From a bacterium (GTDB taxonomy: Bacteria; Zhuqueibacterota; Zhuqueibacteria; Residuimicrobiales; Residuimicrobiaceae): a DNA stretch of 59,206 nt. Each line of letters opens with the position of its first letter. The stretch's first letter is position 1. The notes beneath the pieces were generated by a model. That model searched no databases and was not told the origin of the DNA. It saw only the letters and a program-made list of their open reading frames with translations. The stretch is from positions 1-59,206 of the forward strand of contig DAIQOA010000004.1 of the NCBI GenBank assembly GCA_036788095.1. The letters are read 5' to 3'. Positions 48,158 to 59,152 of this stretch are shown piece by piece. The translations under genes and the position numbers were made by a program.

Positions 48158-49684
48158 TTGGTTGATTCTATTCGGAGCGATTCGTTGCGCAAAACGGTAT
48201 GGCCCTATTTGGCATTGATCGCACTGGTGCTGCTGGAAACGGCGGCAGCGGTTAAAATGAATGAGGGAACATTCACTTTTTCGCTGGACGACGCTTACAT
48301 CCATCTGGCCTTGGGCCGGCAGATCAGCCAGGGCCATTACGGCATCAATCCCGGTGAATTTTCCGCCCCCAGCTCCAGCATCCTCTGGCCGTTCCTGCTG
48401 AGTCCGTTCGCTGCCCTGACCGGCTACGCCCTGGTTCCGTTTTTCATCAATCTGGCGGCCGCCCTCCTCATCCTCCTGGTTGGCGGTCGCTTCTTCAGCC
48501 GCGTGTTCCGCGCGGATCATCATCGCGCATGGAGTCCGATCCTCACCCTGTTGATGATCCCGGCGTTCAACCTGATCGGTCTCGTTTTTATCGGCATGGA
48601 GCACACCCTGCAGCTCCTCCTCGCCCTGCTCATCGCCGAAGGCCTGGTGCGCGGCCAGGAGGACGATCCGCCGGGATGGGGCTTTTACGCAGCCCTGGTG
48701 CTCGGCCCCCTGATCCGCTATGAAAACACCGTGCTGACTCTGATCGGCCTGCTCTGGCTCTATCGGCGCCATCAACGCGTTGCCGCGTGGACGCTGGGCT
48801 TGATCGTCGCCGGCCTGATGGCGGGCTTTTCCCTCTTTTTACACAGCCACGGCCTCGGCTGGTTGCCCGCTTCGATCCACGCCAAGTCCATCACCCTGTT
48901 CGGCGGACACAGCTCCCTGTGGAGCAACGTCCTGACCAACCTCAGCCAGCGACAGGCCCTGGTCCTGCTCCTCAGTATCATTCCGCTGCTCGCGGCCATG
49001 ATCACCCGGCCGCCCTGCCGGCTGCTGACCGCATCCACCGTGTGCGCTGTGGTCGCCCATCTGCTTCTCGGCCGTTTTGGATGGGCGGACCGCTACGAGA
49101 TCTACATCCTCGGCTTTGTTCTTTTCATCCTGGTCTATCTTTATGGCCCCTTGTTAATAGAAAAACCGCTGTGGATTCCCAGTGGCATCTATGCCATACT
49201 GGCCCTGCCCTTTGCGCTAAACTGGCTGTACACGCCGCTGGGCTGCAACAACATCTATCAACAACAGCATCAGATGGCCCGGTTCAGCCAAGACTATGTG
49301 CACGCGCCGGTGGCGGTGAACGATCTCGGTTGCGTGGCCTTTCACGCCGACCACTATGTTTTGGATGTGTGGGGGCTGGCCTCGCCGGAAGTGCTGTCAT
49401 TAAAACGCCGTCAATCCTCGGCGGTGTGGATGGACAGCCTGGCGCAACGCCATGGAGTCAAACTGGCGATGATCTACGATCCCTATTATCCGTTGCTGCC
49501 GAAACAGTGGATCTGCATCGGCAAACTGTTCCTCGGCCGCCGCAAGGTGACGACGGACCAGGCGGTGGTCTCTTTGTATGCGGTCGAACCAGCGACCGCG
49601 GCAAAGCTGCACAGCCAACTGCGGCTGTTCTCCGCCACCCTGCCCAGAGGGGTTGTGCTGGAAACCAAACAGTATACACCGTAA
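48158..49684 (+). CDS. Polytopic membrane protein, putative GT-C glycosyltransferase
   Basis: DDAYIH motif after the first TM, about 11 TM helices, IRYE, soluble C-terminal domain. Confidence 0.7.
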   Translation: MVDSIRSDSLRKTVWPYLALIALVLLETAAAVKMNEGTFTFSLDDAYIHLALGRQISQGHYGINPGEFSAPSSSILWPFLLSPFAALTGYALVPFFINLAAALLILLVGGRFFSRVFRADHHRAWSPILTLLMIPAFNLIGLVFIGMEHTLQLLLALLIAEGLVRGQEDDPPGWGFYAALVLGPLIRYENTVLTLIGLLWLYRRHQRVAAWTLGLIVAGLMAGFSLFLHSHGLGWLPASIHAKSITLFGGHSSLWSNVLTNLSQRQALVLLLSIIPLLAAMITRPPCRLLTASTVCAVVAHLLLGRFGWADRYEIYILGFVLFILVYLYGPLLIEKPLWIPSGIYAILALPFALNWLYTPLGCNNIYQQQHQMARFSQDYVHAPVAVNDLGCVAFHADHYVLDVWGLASPEVLSLKRRQSSAVWMDSLAQRHGVKLAMIYDPYYPLLPKQWICIGKLFLGRRKVTTDQAVVSLYAVEPATAAKLHSQLRLFSATLPRGVVLETKQYTP

Positions 49685-49709
49685 CCATTCATCCATTGGT
49701 ACACGCCTT

Positions 49710-50525
49710 ATGAAAAGCAATGGCATTCTCGACACCATCAACACCCTGATCATCGAAACGGAAGTCAAGCTGATCAGTTCTATCATTCTGGTTCTGCTCA
49801 TCTGGCTGTTGCGCAGCATCGTCCTGCGGCTGTTGTCGCAGCGCATCAAGGACGAACGCACGCGCGAACTGTCGCGGCAGATCGTCGGCTATACCGCCTT
49901 TCTGCTCGGCCTGGTGCTGATCGGCCGGCTCTGGCTGGAGGGATTTCAATCCCTGCTCATCGTCCTGACCCTGCTGCTCGCCGCCATGATCCTTTCCTTG
50001 AAAGAGCTCATCCTGAACATCGCCTCCTGGAGCGTCATCGCCTGGCGGCAGTTGTTCAAGATCGGCGATCACATCAGAATCGGCGAGCATTACGGCGAAG
50101 TGGTGGAGATGAACATGATCTACATCACGCTGGTCGAACTGGACGAAAGACTTCCTTCCGAACCCGCCGGACATCGCGTCATCAAGATTCCCAACAACCT
50201 GGTGCTGACGCAGCCGATCGTGAACGACACCGAGGGCGCGCATGCGCTCTGGTATGAGATTCAAGTGGCCCTGCGACTGGACAGCAGCTGGCAGGACGCC
50301 CGCGAGATGCTGGAGCAAATCCTACAGCAGCGCATGGCCGCCAACGAGATCGAAAACCTGGAAGACGCGCCGCCGGTGCAAGTGTCTGTCCGGGTGCATG
50401 CCGGCGCCATCCTTCTCACCGGCCGTTATTTTTGCAGTTCGGATCAGCAGCAAGAGATCGAAGAAGAGCTCTGGCAACAAATTCTGTCCGCCTTCCAACC
50501 GCACGGCCGGATTCACCTCGTCTAG
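49710..50525 (+). CDS. Small-conductance mechanosensitive channel MscS family
   Basis: Three TM helices, FKIGDHIRIG..GEVVEM, KIPNN. Confidence 0.85.
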   Translation: MKSNGILDTINTLIIETEVKLISSIILVLLIWLLRSIVLRLLSQRIKDERTRELSRQIVGYTAFLLGLVLIGRLWLEGFQSLLIVLTLLLAAMILSLKELILNIASWSVIAWRQLFKIGDHIRIGEHYGEVVEMNMIYITLVELDERLPSEPAGHRVIKIPNNLVLTQPIVNDTEGAHALWYEIQVALRLDSSWQDAREMLEQILQQRMAANEIENLEDAPPVQVSVRVHAGAILLTGRYFCSSDQQQEIEEELWQQILSAFQPHGRIHLV

Positions 50526-50651
50526 ACTCCTTCCTCTTCCGCCGGGTACGCAAAAAGCGCCGGCAAGTATAATTTTGCTGGCTTTTTATCTGTTTTATGC
50601 TTAAATTATATTCTTTATTTTTCAACCCGTTAACCAATAGTTGAGAAACCT

Positions 50652-52736
50652 ATGGCCATTGATTTGACCAAAATGCGCAACATCGGCATCAGCGCGCACA
50701 TCGATTCCGGCAAGACCACGCTGACCGAGAGAATCCTTTACTACACCCAAAAGATCCACGCCATTCACGAAGTCCGCGGCAAGGACGGCCATGGCGCGAC
50801 CATGGATTCCATGGCCTTGGAACGCGAACGCGGGATCACCATTCAGTCCGCTTCCACCAACGTGACCTGGAAGAATTTCGACATCAACATCATCGATACG
50901 CCGGGCCATGTGGATTTCACCATCGAGGTGGAGCGCTCGCTGCGTGTGCTCGACGGCGCCATCCTGGTGCTCTGCGCCGTGGGCGGCGTGCAGTCGCAGA
51001 CCATCACGGTGGACCGCCAGATGACGCGCTACAAGGTTCCCCGCATCGCCTTTGTCAACAAGTGCGATCGCATGGGCGCCAATCCGCAGCGGGTGGCCGA
51101 TCAGTTGCATGATAAACTCAACCACACTTCCGCCTTGATGCAATGGTCCATCGGGTTGGAGAGTCAATTCGAGGGCCTCATCGATCTGATTACGATGAAG
51201 GCTTATTATTTTGACGGCGCCAACGGTGAAAACATCCGCGAGGAGAGCGTCCCGGCCGAACTGCTGCCCATCGCTCTGGAAAAACGGGACCTGTTGATCG
51301 ATCGCGTGTCGCTGTACGACGACGAGCTGGCTGAGGCGTACCTGGAAGACCGGGTCAGCGAAGAGTTGATCCACCGCGCCGTGCGCAAGGGCGCCCTGAG
51401 CCTTAATTTCATTCCGGTGTTTATCGGCTCTGCGTTCAAAAACAAAGGCGTACAAGCGCTGCTGGATGCGGTCATCAAATACCTGCCGTCGCCGAAAGAG
51501 ATCGAGAACAAAGCCTTTGATCTGGACAACGACAACGCCGAGGTGGTGCTGCAATCGGACCCCAGCCTGCCGACGGTGCTGCTGGCCTTTAAACTGGATG
51601 ACACCCGCTTCGGTCAGCTCACCTACGTGCGGCTATACCAGGGCACGCTGCGCAAAGGCGACGAGATCTATAACCGCCGCTCCCAGAGAAAGGTGCGGGT
51701 CGGCCGGCTCATTCGCATGCATGCCGACGAGATGGAGGACATCTCCGCCGCTGAAGCCGGCGACATCGTCGCGCTGTTCGGCATCGACTGCGCCTCCGGC
51801 GACACCTTTACCGACAACACGGTGAACTATTCCCTATCCTCGATGTTCGTGCCTACGCCGGTCATCTCGCTTTCCATCAAACCGACCGACAACAAATCCG
51901 GCGAGAACATGGCCAAAGCCCTGAACCGGTTCGTCAAAGAAGATCCGACATTTCAGACCTTCGTCGATCCGGAAACCAACGACACCATCATCAAAGGCAT
52001 GGGCGAGTTGCACCTGGAGGTCTATGTGGAACGAATGCGCCGTGAATATAACGTTCTCCTGGAGACCGGTGCTCCGCAGGTGGCCTATCGCGAGAGCATT
52101 TCACAGAAAACAAATTTTGATTACACACACAAAAAGCAGACCGGCGGCGCCGGCCAGTACGGCCGCGTCTGCGGCATCATCGAGCCGTTTCACCAGGGTG
52201 ATTTTGAATTCATCGACGAGCTCAAAGGCGGCGTCATTCCCACCGAATATGTTCCGGCCTGCGAAAAAGGATTCATCCAGGCGCTGCAAAAAGGACCGCT
52301 GGTGGGCTTTCCCATCGTCGGCGTCCGCGTGACCCTCAACGACGGCAACTACCACCCGGTGGACTCGTCGGACATGGCGTTCCAGCAGGCGGCGTTCAGC
52401 GCTTTCCGTGAATCGTACCTCCGCTGCAAACCCATCATCCTCGAGCCCATCATGCGCGTCGGAGTAGAAACCCCTCCCGAATACCAGGGACAGGTGCTGG
52501 CCACCATCAACCAGCGCCGCGGCATGATCCTCAGCGCGACGGAGGATAAAGTGCTGACCGCCATTGAATCGGAAGTGCCGTTGAGCGAGATGTTCGGTTA
52601 TTCCACCGTACTGCGTTCAGCCACGCAAGGCAAGGCCGAATTCACCATGGAGTTCTCCCGCTATGCCAAGGTCCCTGAATCGATCGCAGAAAATCTGAAA
52701 AAAGCTTTTCAGGAAAAACAAAAGCAGCAAAAGTAA
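50652..52736 (+). CDS. fusA: Elongation factor G, EF-G1 (mitochondrial/spirochete-like) type
   Basis: [30 protein letters not shown]; [17 protein letters not shown] insertion. Confidence 0.97.
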   Translation: MAIDLTKMRNIGISAHIDSGKTTLTERILYYTQKIHAIHEVRGKDGHGATMDSMALERERGITIQSASTNVTWKNFDINIIDTPGHVDFTIEVERSLRVLDGAILVLCAVGGVQSQTITVDRQMTRYKVPRIAFVNKCDRMGANPQRVADQLHDKLNHTSALMQWSIGLESQFEGLIDLITMKAYYFDGANGENIREESVPAELLPIALEKRDLLIDRVSLYDDELAEAYLEDRVSEELIHRAVRKGALSLNFIPVFIGSAFKNKGVQALLDAVIKYLPSPKEIENKAFDLDNDNAEVVLQSDPSLPTVLLAFKLDDTRFGQLTYVRLYQGTLRKGDEIYNRRSQRKVRVGRLIRMHADEMEDISAAEAGDIVALFGIDCASGDTFTDNTVNYSLSSMFVPTPVISLSIKPTDNKSGENMAKALNRFVKEDPTFQTFVDPETNDTIIKGMGELHLEVYVERMRREYNVLLETGAPQVAYRESISQKTNFDYTHKKQTGGAGQYGRVCGIIEPFHQGDFEFIDELKGGVIPTEYVPACEKGFIQALQKGPLVGFPIVGVRVTLNDGNYHPVDSSDMAFQQAAFSAFRESYLRCKPIILEPIMRVGVETPPEYQGQVLATINQRRGMILSATEDKVLTAIESEVPLSEMFGYSTVLRSATQGKAEFTMEFSRYAKVPESIAENLKKAFQEKQKQQK

Positions 52737-52803
52737 CCTTGCATTGTAACAGGACATTTTTGTATATTGCCCTCGGCGATGGAAGAAATCAGAGGAACCA
52801 CAC

Positions 52804-53499
52804 ATGATCAAAGAAGAACTCATTAAACGCAGCCCGATCCGCATTCTCGAGCAGACGCTTCACGGTGGTTTGGGGCCAGGCCATCTGGGAGTGTTTGTTT
52901 CCAAAAAGGGCGTGGGCAAAACCGCCTGCCTGGTTCACTTCGCCACCGACCACCTGCTCCGCGGCCAAAAAGTCGTGCACATCTCCTTTTCCGATGATCC
53001 GCATCACATCGCCAATTGGTACAAACAGGTGTATGAAGAGGTGGCGGCGGCCTATCAGCTTGAGAGCGCCAATCTGATCTTTGACGAGTTGTTGCCCGAC
53101 CGGTTGATTTTGCATTTTAAAAACAACGGCTCGGATCTGTCGGCGGTGCAAAAAAGCCTGGACATCTATGTGAAACAGGGCGGATTCACGCCCAAGATGA
53201 TCATTGTCGACGGGACCCATTTCGTCGAAAAGGAACCGGCCAGCCTGCTGGAATGGCAAAACCTGGCCAAAGCCTTTGACACCCAGATATGGTTTTCCGC
53301 AACCCTGCCTGCGAACGCCGGCTCTGCCGCTGAATTTATCAAACCCTTCATGGAATATTTCTCAGTGGTCATCGAACTGAACGCCCAGCCTGACCATATC
53401 CAGCTGCGCCTGCTCAAAGATCAAGATGCCCTCTCCTGCGAAAAATTGCGGCTCCGCCTGGACCCAAAATCCCTGCTCATCTCCAACCGGCGGGTGTAA
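52804..53499 (+). CDS. RecA/KaiC-like P-loop ATPase domain protein
   Basis: GGLGPGHLGVFVSKKGVGKT Walker A-like, IIVDG Walker B. Confidence 0.75.
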   Translation: MIKEELIKRSPIRILEQTLHGGLGPGHLGVFVSKKGVGKTACLVHFATDHLLRGQKVVHISFSDDPHHIANWYKQVYEEVAAAYQLESANLIFDELLPDRLILHFKNNGSDLSAVQKSLDIYVKQGGFTPKMIIVDGTHFVEKEPASLLEWQNLAKAFDTQIWFSATLPANAGSAAEFIKPFMEYFSVVIELNAQPDHIQLRLLKDQDALSCEKLRLRLDPKSLLISNRRV

Positions 53500-53580
53500 C
53501 TCCCAATCATTCCTTTGTTTACTGACTTATCCACACCCTGCTGACTAAAAGCCACAGTGCCTCACCGTTTGTGCTGAAAC

Positions 53581-53604
53581 AAAAAAGCCTGCATTGTGCA
53601 GGCT
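53581..53604 (-). terminator. Terminator immediately after tRNA-Arg
   Basis: AGCCTGCA-CAA-TGCAGGCT then T-run on the minus strand. Confidence 0.75.
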
Positions 53605-53681
53605 TGGCGCGCCCGGAGGGGCTCGAACCCCCAACCTTCTGATCCGAAGTCAGAAGCTCTATCCAATTGAGCTACGGGCGC
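53605..53681 (-). tRNA. tRNA-Arg (anticodon TCG)
   Basis: GCGCCCG acceptor stem, TCTGA-CT-TCG-GA-TCAGA anticodon arm, GTTCGAG T-loop, encoded CCA; TTGCAT-N17-TAAATT promoter upstream (53690-53718). Confidence 0.95.
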
Positions 53682-53870
53682 ATAGAGTTAATTTACAATA
53701 TTAGCCGAAGGAATGCAAGCCCTGATTTTGCCAACTTGCTTAAACATAAAAAAATGGCAGGACGTTAGTGAATGAGCGTCTTAGGGGGGTCGACGCCCAT
53801 AGAAGGAAACTAACGCCTGCCATTTAGTGAAACGATCTTCTTCGCCCTTTTGTTCCATCCCTTTTCTATT

Positions 53871-55430
53871 TCACTGTTTCTCCGCCAAATAGTTCTCCTC
53901 TGATTGCAGCCGGATAGCGTTCAGCTGACGAAGATTGAATGTAAGCTCTGTTTTTATTTGCAGATAACCATCTCGCTGCATCGAACTTGCGCTGGCCGGA
54001 TTCTGCAGACAGTATTTGTACTGCACCTGCACGCCGAGGTTCCATGGCTGCGCTAGCGACAGGTTTACGCCGCCGCCGGCCAAAAGAGTTCCGCTGGCTA
54101 ACGACGGTCCATTCTGCATCCTGGTGCTCAGCATGCCCAGGCCAAAAGAGAGATTGGGCTGTATCCGGCGATGCACAATTAGGCCATAGCGGCCGATCAG
54201 ATCAGCAGATATCTGCAGAGTCTGGCTTCCTTCAGGCCAGAAAAGCGGGGTTGCACCCGCGGCCACCTGAAGCTGAGTGCGCCGGGTTGACTGGTAACGG
54301 TAATGCATCTCGACGAAAATGGGCGTCCGGACCTTTTCAGCCATATCGGGCTGCGCTGTGCCGAGGGCCAGGCCGATGCCATGTGTGGCCGGCCCGAGCT
54401 GCTGGATCGGCCGCAGGCCGGGTGCAGGGTTGGTTGTTGCTGGTTCACGACTGGCCAAAACGATCGCTGGTTCAGCGTGCGTCGTTGGAATCGACTGGTT
54501 CAAGGCCATTTTGCTCTTGATCAGATTTAAAATATCCTCATAGATTTTCTCCTCGTCCACATCAGCTCTGTTTTGTGCAACGACGCTCAAAGCCGTTTTA
54601 CCGCTCGTTTTGATCGCCAAGGTATCCTCTGGTTGTGTGGAAAACGCGACGGCCTCTGCGTCTATTTCTCCCGGTGCTTTATCGACTGGGGATTGCGGTT
54701 CAGCCGCTTCTTCAGCCAGCGCCCGGGGAAGTACGGCCGCAATCGCCGAGGAATCTGCGGGTTGCGTAGAAAGCACGAGGACCTTCGCTCCCGGTGCTTT
54801 ATCGACTGGGGATTGCGGTTCAGCCGCTTCTTCAGCCAGCGCCCGGGGAAGTACGGCCGCAATCGCCGAGGAATCTGCGGGTTGCGTAGAAAACGCGAGG
54901 CCGTCTGCTTCAACCTGCGCGAACGGCTGCGAAATGGCAGCACTGAGTGGAATTCTGGTCTGAGCATTCGCAATCGTCGAAATATCGACTACCTGGGCCA
55001 TAGCCGCAGCCGCACCTGTTTTCGCATTAGTCGTTTCCTCCACAGAGGCTGGGAATTCGCAGGCGACTGGGCGGTCTGCTTGTGGAATCAGCTCTTGAGC
55101 TGGCTGATGTGTTGCTGGGGCTGTCAAGGTCTCCTTGTGAGCGGGCATCGCCGCTGTCTGCGCTTTTCTGACTCTGGCTGCCGCCGTTGGTCTCGCCGCA
55201 GGGAGCGGAGTCATCTTTTGCGACGGCTCGTCGGCCTGCACGGGCGTATGTTTTATGGCTTGGGATTCTTCCTTGGTGTTGTTCTCCTTTAACACAGGAG
55301 CAGAATGGGCCTCAGTGTCCTGGGAAGCGGCATGCTGCACAACGTTGCGATGGTAAAGCGCCTGGCTCAAAAACCAACCTGCTGGCAGCAGGCATAAACC
55401 CACGGCTAGTATGTATCTTTTTTTCCACAT
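53871..55430 (-). CDS. Protein with N-terminal TM/signal, Ala/Pro-rich stalk and C-terminal outer-membrane beta-barrel-like domain
   Basis: MWKKRYILAVG N-terminus; alternating beta-strand pattern ending ELTFNL; 40-aa internal repeat. Confidence 0.65.
   Translation of the reverse strand: MWKKRYILAVGLCLLPAGWFLSQALYHRNVVQHAASQDTEAHSAPVLKENNTKEESQAIKHTPVQADEPSQKMTPLPAARPTAAARVRKAQTAAMPAHKETLTAPATHQPAQELIPQADRPVACEFPASVEETTNAKTGAAAAMAQVVDISTIANAQTRIPLSAAISQPFAQVEADGLAFSTQPADSSAIAAVLPRALAEEAAEPQSPVDKAPGAKVLVLSTQPADSSAIAAVLPRALAEEAAEPQSPVDKAPGEIDAEAVAFSTQPEDTLAIKTSGKTALSVVAQNRADVDEEKIYEDILNLIKSKMALNQSIPTTHAEPAIVLASREPATTNPAPGLRPIQQLGPATHGIGLALGTAQPDMAEKVRTPIFVEMHYRYQSTRRTQLQVAAGATPLFWPEGSQTLQISADLIGRYGLIVHRRIQPNLSFGLGMLSTRMQNGPSLASGTLLAGGGVNLSLAQPWNLGVQVQYKYCLQNPASASSMQRDGYLQIKTELTFNLRQLNAIRLQSEENYLAEKQ
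54668..54892. repeat. 120-bp-period tandem duplication (105 bp identical)
   Basis: 54668-54772 equals 54788-54892; degenerate third copy near 54631-54660. Confidence 0.95.
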
Positions 55431-55657
55431 CTTTTTCTTCTCTCTTCCTCCCCTGGCGGCTTTGTTCAAGCCAAATACATTTTTGTTTCATTCGAGTAAC
55501 AAAATCGATCGACCGTTGGCAGGGGGTGTTGTTTATATGGTTTTTATCCGATCTCCTTCCGCCCTGCACCTGCATTCAGGCAAATAGCATACCAAAAAAA
55601 AAGGATGTCCTTTGGGACATCCTTTTCCTGTTGCTGCAGAAACTGTAGATTTTTAAA

Positions 55658-57370
55658 TCAGGCTCTTTGCTCCGCTTTTTCGATTTTAGCCCAGGAGTCC
55701 CTGAGCGTCACCGTCCGGTTCACTTTAATATTATCCGGCGCAGAGTCTTTGTCGATGCAGAAATAGCCCAGCCTTTCGAACTGAAACCGGTCCAAGGGCT
55801 GAGCGTCCTTCAGCACAGGCTCGAGACGGCACTGCTCCAGCACCTCGACTGAATTCGGATTCAGAGCGTCGAGAAAGTTCTGCCCCTCTTCCAGATCGTT
55901 CAAATTTTCCTTGAGGAAAAGATTTTCATACAGCCTCACCTCTCCGGCAAGGGCATGGCCGGCGGAGACCCAATGGATAGTCCCTTTGACCTTGCGATCG
56001 CTCTGAGAGGAGCCGCTGCGCGTCTCCGGATCATAGGTGCAGTGAACCTCCATCACCTCCTGGGTGACAGGATCCTTACGAACGCCGACGCATTTGATGA
56101 TATAAGCGTAGCGCAATCGCACCTCTCCGCCCGGCTGCAGACGAAAATACTTCTTGGGGGGATCCTCACGAAAATCATCCCGTTCGATGTACAGCTCGCG
56201 CGAAAAAAAGACTTTTCGTACACCCATGGATGGATCTTCGGGGTTGTTGATGGCGGTCATCTCTTCCACCTGGTCCGGCGGATAGTTGTCGATGACCACC
56301 TTGAGCGGCCGCAAAACCGCCATCACCCGTCTGGCGGTCCTGTTCAATTCTTCACGCACGCAATGTTCCAGCAGCGCCAGGTCCACCATGCTGTCGCGCT
56401 TGGCCACGCCGATGGTCTCGGCGAAATTTCTAATCGCCTGCGGCGGATAACCTCGCCGTCGCAATCCTGACAGCGTGGGCATGCGCGGATCATCCCACCC
56501 GCTCACCCGCCGCTCCTGGACCAACTGCAGCAGTTTGCGTTTGCTCATCACCGTGTAGCTCAGGTTGAGCCGGGCGAATTCCACCTGCCGGGGATGGTAT
56601 AATTTCAGCGTGTCCAAAAACCAGTCGTACAACGGACGATGGTCTTCAAACTCCAGGGTGCAGATCGAATGAGTGATCCCCTCCAGCGAATCGGATATGC
56701 AGTGCGCGTAATCGTACATCGGATAGACGCACCAGGCCGAACCGGTGCGATGATGGTCTGCGTGCTTGATTCGGTAGACCACCGGATCGCGCATGTTCAG
56801 ATTGGGCGAGGCCATGTCGATGCGTGCGCGCAGCACCCGTGTCCCATCCGGAAATTCACCGGCGCGCATGCGCTCAAAGAGATCCAGATTCTCTTCCATG
56901 GACCGGTTGCGATACGGGCTTTCTTTGCCCGGCAAAGTCAGGGTGCCGCGATATTCCCGCATCTCCTCCGCCGACAGATCGCAGACATAGGCTTTGCCGA
57001 GCTTGATCAGTTCTACCGCGCACTGATACAGCTGTTCAAAATAATCAGAGGCATAGAACAGCCGGTCCTGCCAATCAAATCCAAGCCAACGGACATCCTC
57101 CATGATGGATTCCACGTATTCAACATCCTCTTTGACTGGATTGGTGTCGTCGAAACGCAGATTGGTCAAGCCGCCGTATTCATTGGCGATGCCAAAGTTC
57201 AGGCAGATCGATTTCGCGTGGCCGATATGCAGATATCCGTTGGGCTCCGGCGGAAAGCGCGTATGCACCTTTCGGTCGCCGAAGCGGCCCTCGGCCAAAT
57301 CCTGATCAATGATGGGGCGGATAAAATTTGCGGGAAGAGCGACTCCCGTCTTTTCTTTGTTTTCTTCCAT
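55658..57370 (-). CDS. glnS: Glutamine--tRNA ligase
   Basis: [36 protein letters not shown]. Confidence 0.97.
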   Translation of the reverse strand: MEENKEKTGVALPANFIRPIIDQDLAEGRFGDRKVHTRFPPEPNGYLHIGHAKSICLNFGIANEYGGLTNLRFDDTNPVKEDVEYVESIMEDVRWLGFDWQDRLFYASDYFEQLYQCAVELIKLGKAYVCDLSAEEMREYRGTLTLPGKESPYRNRSMEENLDLFERMRAGEFPDGTRVLRARIDMASPNLNMRDPVVYRIKHADHHRTGSAWCVYPMYDYAHCISDSLEGITHSICTLEFEDHRPLYDWFLDTLKLYHPRQVEFARLNLSYTVMSKRKLLQLVQERRVSGWDDPRMPTLSGLRRRGYPPQAIRNFAETIGVAKRDSMVDLALLEHCVREELNRTARRVMAVLRPLKVVIDNYPPDQVEEMTAINNPEDPSMGVRKVFFSRELYIERDDFREDPPKKYFRLQPGGEVRLRYAYIIKCVGVRKDPVTQEVMEVHCTYDPETRSGSSQSDRKVKGTIHWVSAGHALAGEVRLYENLFLKENLNDLEEGQNFLDALNPNSVEVLEQCRLEPVLKDAQPLDRFQFERLGYFCIDKDSAPDNIKVNRTVTLRDSWAKIEKAEQRA

Positions 57371-57426
57371 GGCAACCTCTACATTGTAAAAAGCCCGTCG
57401 TGGCCGTGGTCAGCCTAAAAATAGAA

Positions 57427-57457
57427 AAACCGGTCATCAATGCCTGACGACCGGTTT
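57427..57457 (-). terminator. Stem-loop downstream of tRNA-Gln
   Basis: AAACCGGTC / GACCGGTTT arms with a T-run on the minus strand. Confidence 0.6.
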
Positions 57458-57463
57458 CTTCAG

Positions 57464-57534
57464 CTGGGGAGCAGGGACTCGAACCCCGGTTCCATGATCC
57501 AGAGTCATGTGTCCTGCCACTGGACGACTCCCCA
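57464..57534 (-). tRNA. tRNA-Gln (anticodon CTG), CCA not encoded
   Basis: TGGGGAG/CTCCCCA acceptor, CATGA-CT-CTG-GA-TCATG arm, GGTTCGAG T-loop. Confidence 0.95.
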
Positions 57535-57539
57535 GGATA

Positions 57540-59048
57540 TTACAGCAACAAAGGAATGCGCGTCGCGCCGTTCTGCAAACGGCGTAGGACCGTCTCTTTA
57601 CCGAGCAGAGCAAGGAGGTCAAACAAACCCGGCCCCACCCCTACGCCGGTCACGGCCAGGCGGACCGGATGGATCAGCTTTGTCGCGGCCACGCCGTTAT
57701 TTTCGGCGACTTGACGCAGGGCCGCTTCGATCGCAGTGCTGGTAAACACATCTAATTTAGAAATTTCTGCAGAAAATTCAAGAGTTATTTTTGCGCTGTC
57801 CGCCTCCCAGCGTTTCTTTACGACAGCCGGATCGTAGGTGTCGGGGTCGTGAAAAAAGTACGCGCCGATTTTCATCACATCGCGGCTAAAGTAAAGCCGT
57901 TCGTGCAGCAAAGTCACAACCTGCTCCAGGTAAGCCTCGCTCACCGGAGCGGATTGCAATACCGCCCCCCGGTTCTCCAATGCCAGCGACGCCGGGCTCC
58001 GCCGCATGATGTGTTCTTTGTTCAACCAGTTCAATTTTTTCAAATCAAAAATGGCGGCGCTTTTGTTGACGCGCTCCAGAGAAAACTGCTGAATCAGCTC
58101 CTCCAGCGCGAACACCTGGCGGTCGTCGCCTTCGCCGGGATTCCAACCGAGTAACGCGATATAATTGAGAAGCGCGGCGGTTTCATATCCTTTTTTCGTA
58201 TACGAGGCCACGTCCGGATCAACCTTGCCGGCGGGCAGCTCGTCCAGGGACTGAATGTCCCGTTTGCTCATCTTGGTGCCGTCCGGATTAAAGATGAGCG
58301 GCAGGTGCGCCATCGCCGGCGGCTGCCAGGCGAAATATTCGTACAACAGCAGATGCTTGGGCACGGAACTGAGCCACTCTTCACCGCGGATCACGTGGCT
58401 GATCTCCATCAGATGATCATCCACCACGTTGGCCAGATGATAGGTGGGATAGCCATCTGACTTTAACAGAACCTGGTCATCCACTTCGCGGCTGTCGAAC
58501 GTGACTGTTCCGCGGACGATATCGTTGACCGTAAACTTGCGCTCCTGCGGCACCAGCAGACGGATGACGTACGGCTGTTTTTGCGCCAGCGCCTCGTTGA
58601 CCTGTTCAGGGGTCATGGTCAGGCTATTGCGCATTTGCAGGCGCCGGCCGGCGTTGTACTTGGCGTGAAAATCGCCCTGCCCTTTCGCCTGTTGGCGCAT
58701 CGCCTCCAACTCGTCAGCGGTGTCGAAAGCGTAATAAGCGTGTCCCTGCTGCAGAAGGAGTGCGGCGTATTTTTGATAGATCTCTGTGCGCTGCGATTGA
58801 AAGTAGGGACCGTACGCGCCCCCCTGTTCAGGCCCCTCGTCCGGTTCGATGCCCGCCCAGCGCAAAGCGCTCTGCAGGTTCTCCGTGGCGCCCGGTACAA
58901 AGCGTTCGCGATCCGTATCCTCGATGCGCAAAATAAAAACGCCCTGATGATGGCGGGCGAAAAGGAAATTATACAGCGCGGTGCGCAGTCCGCCGATATG
59001 GAAAAATCCCGTGGGACTGGGTGCGAAACGTACTCGGACCTGATTCAC
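57540..59048 (-). CDS. gltX: Glutamate--tRNA ligase
   Basis: RFAPSPTG.FHIGG, RIEDTD, HVIRGEEW, KMSKR; GTG start at 59048 preferred (GAGG SD), TTG at 59066 possible. Confidence 0.97.
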   Translation of the reverse strand: MNQVRVRFAPSPTGFFHIGGLRTALYNFLFARHHQGVFILRIEDTDRERFVPGATENLQSALRWAGIEPDEGPEQGGAYGPYFQSQRTEIYQKYAALLLQQGHAYYAFDTADELEAMRQQAKGQGDFHAKYNAGRRLQMRNSLTMTPEQVNEALAQKQPYVIRLLVPQERKFTVNDIVRGTVTFDSREVDDQVLLKSDGYPTYHLANVVDDHLMEISHVIRGEEWLSSVPKHLLLYEYFAWQPPAMAHLPLIFNPDGTKMSKRDIQSLDELPAGKVDPDVASYTKKGYETAALLNYIALLGWNPGEGDDRQVFALEELIQQFSLERVNKSAAIFDLKKLNWLNKEHIMRRSPASLALENRGAVLQSAPVSEAYLEQVVTLLHERLYFSRDVMKIGAYFFHDPDTYDPAVVKKRWEADSAKITLEFSAEISKLDVFTSTAIEAALRQVAENNGVAATKLIHPVRLAVTGVGVGPGLFDLLALLGKETVLRRLQNGATRIPLLL

Positions 59049-59152
59049 AAGAATTCCTCGCTCCAATAAACTCTAGTAAACAGGGCAGGGGCGGCACGGT
59101 TGTAATCCCGAAAAAAATACTTCGGCGTACGACCGTATCGCCCCTGTATGGG

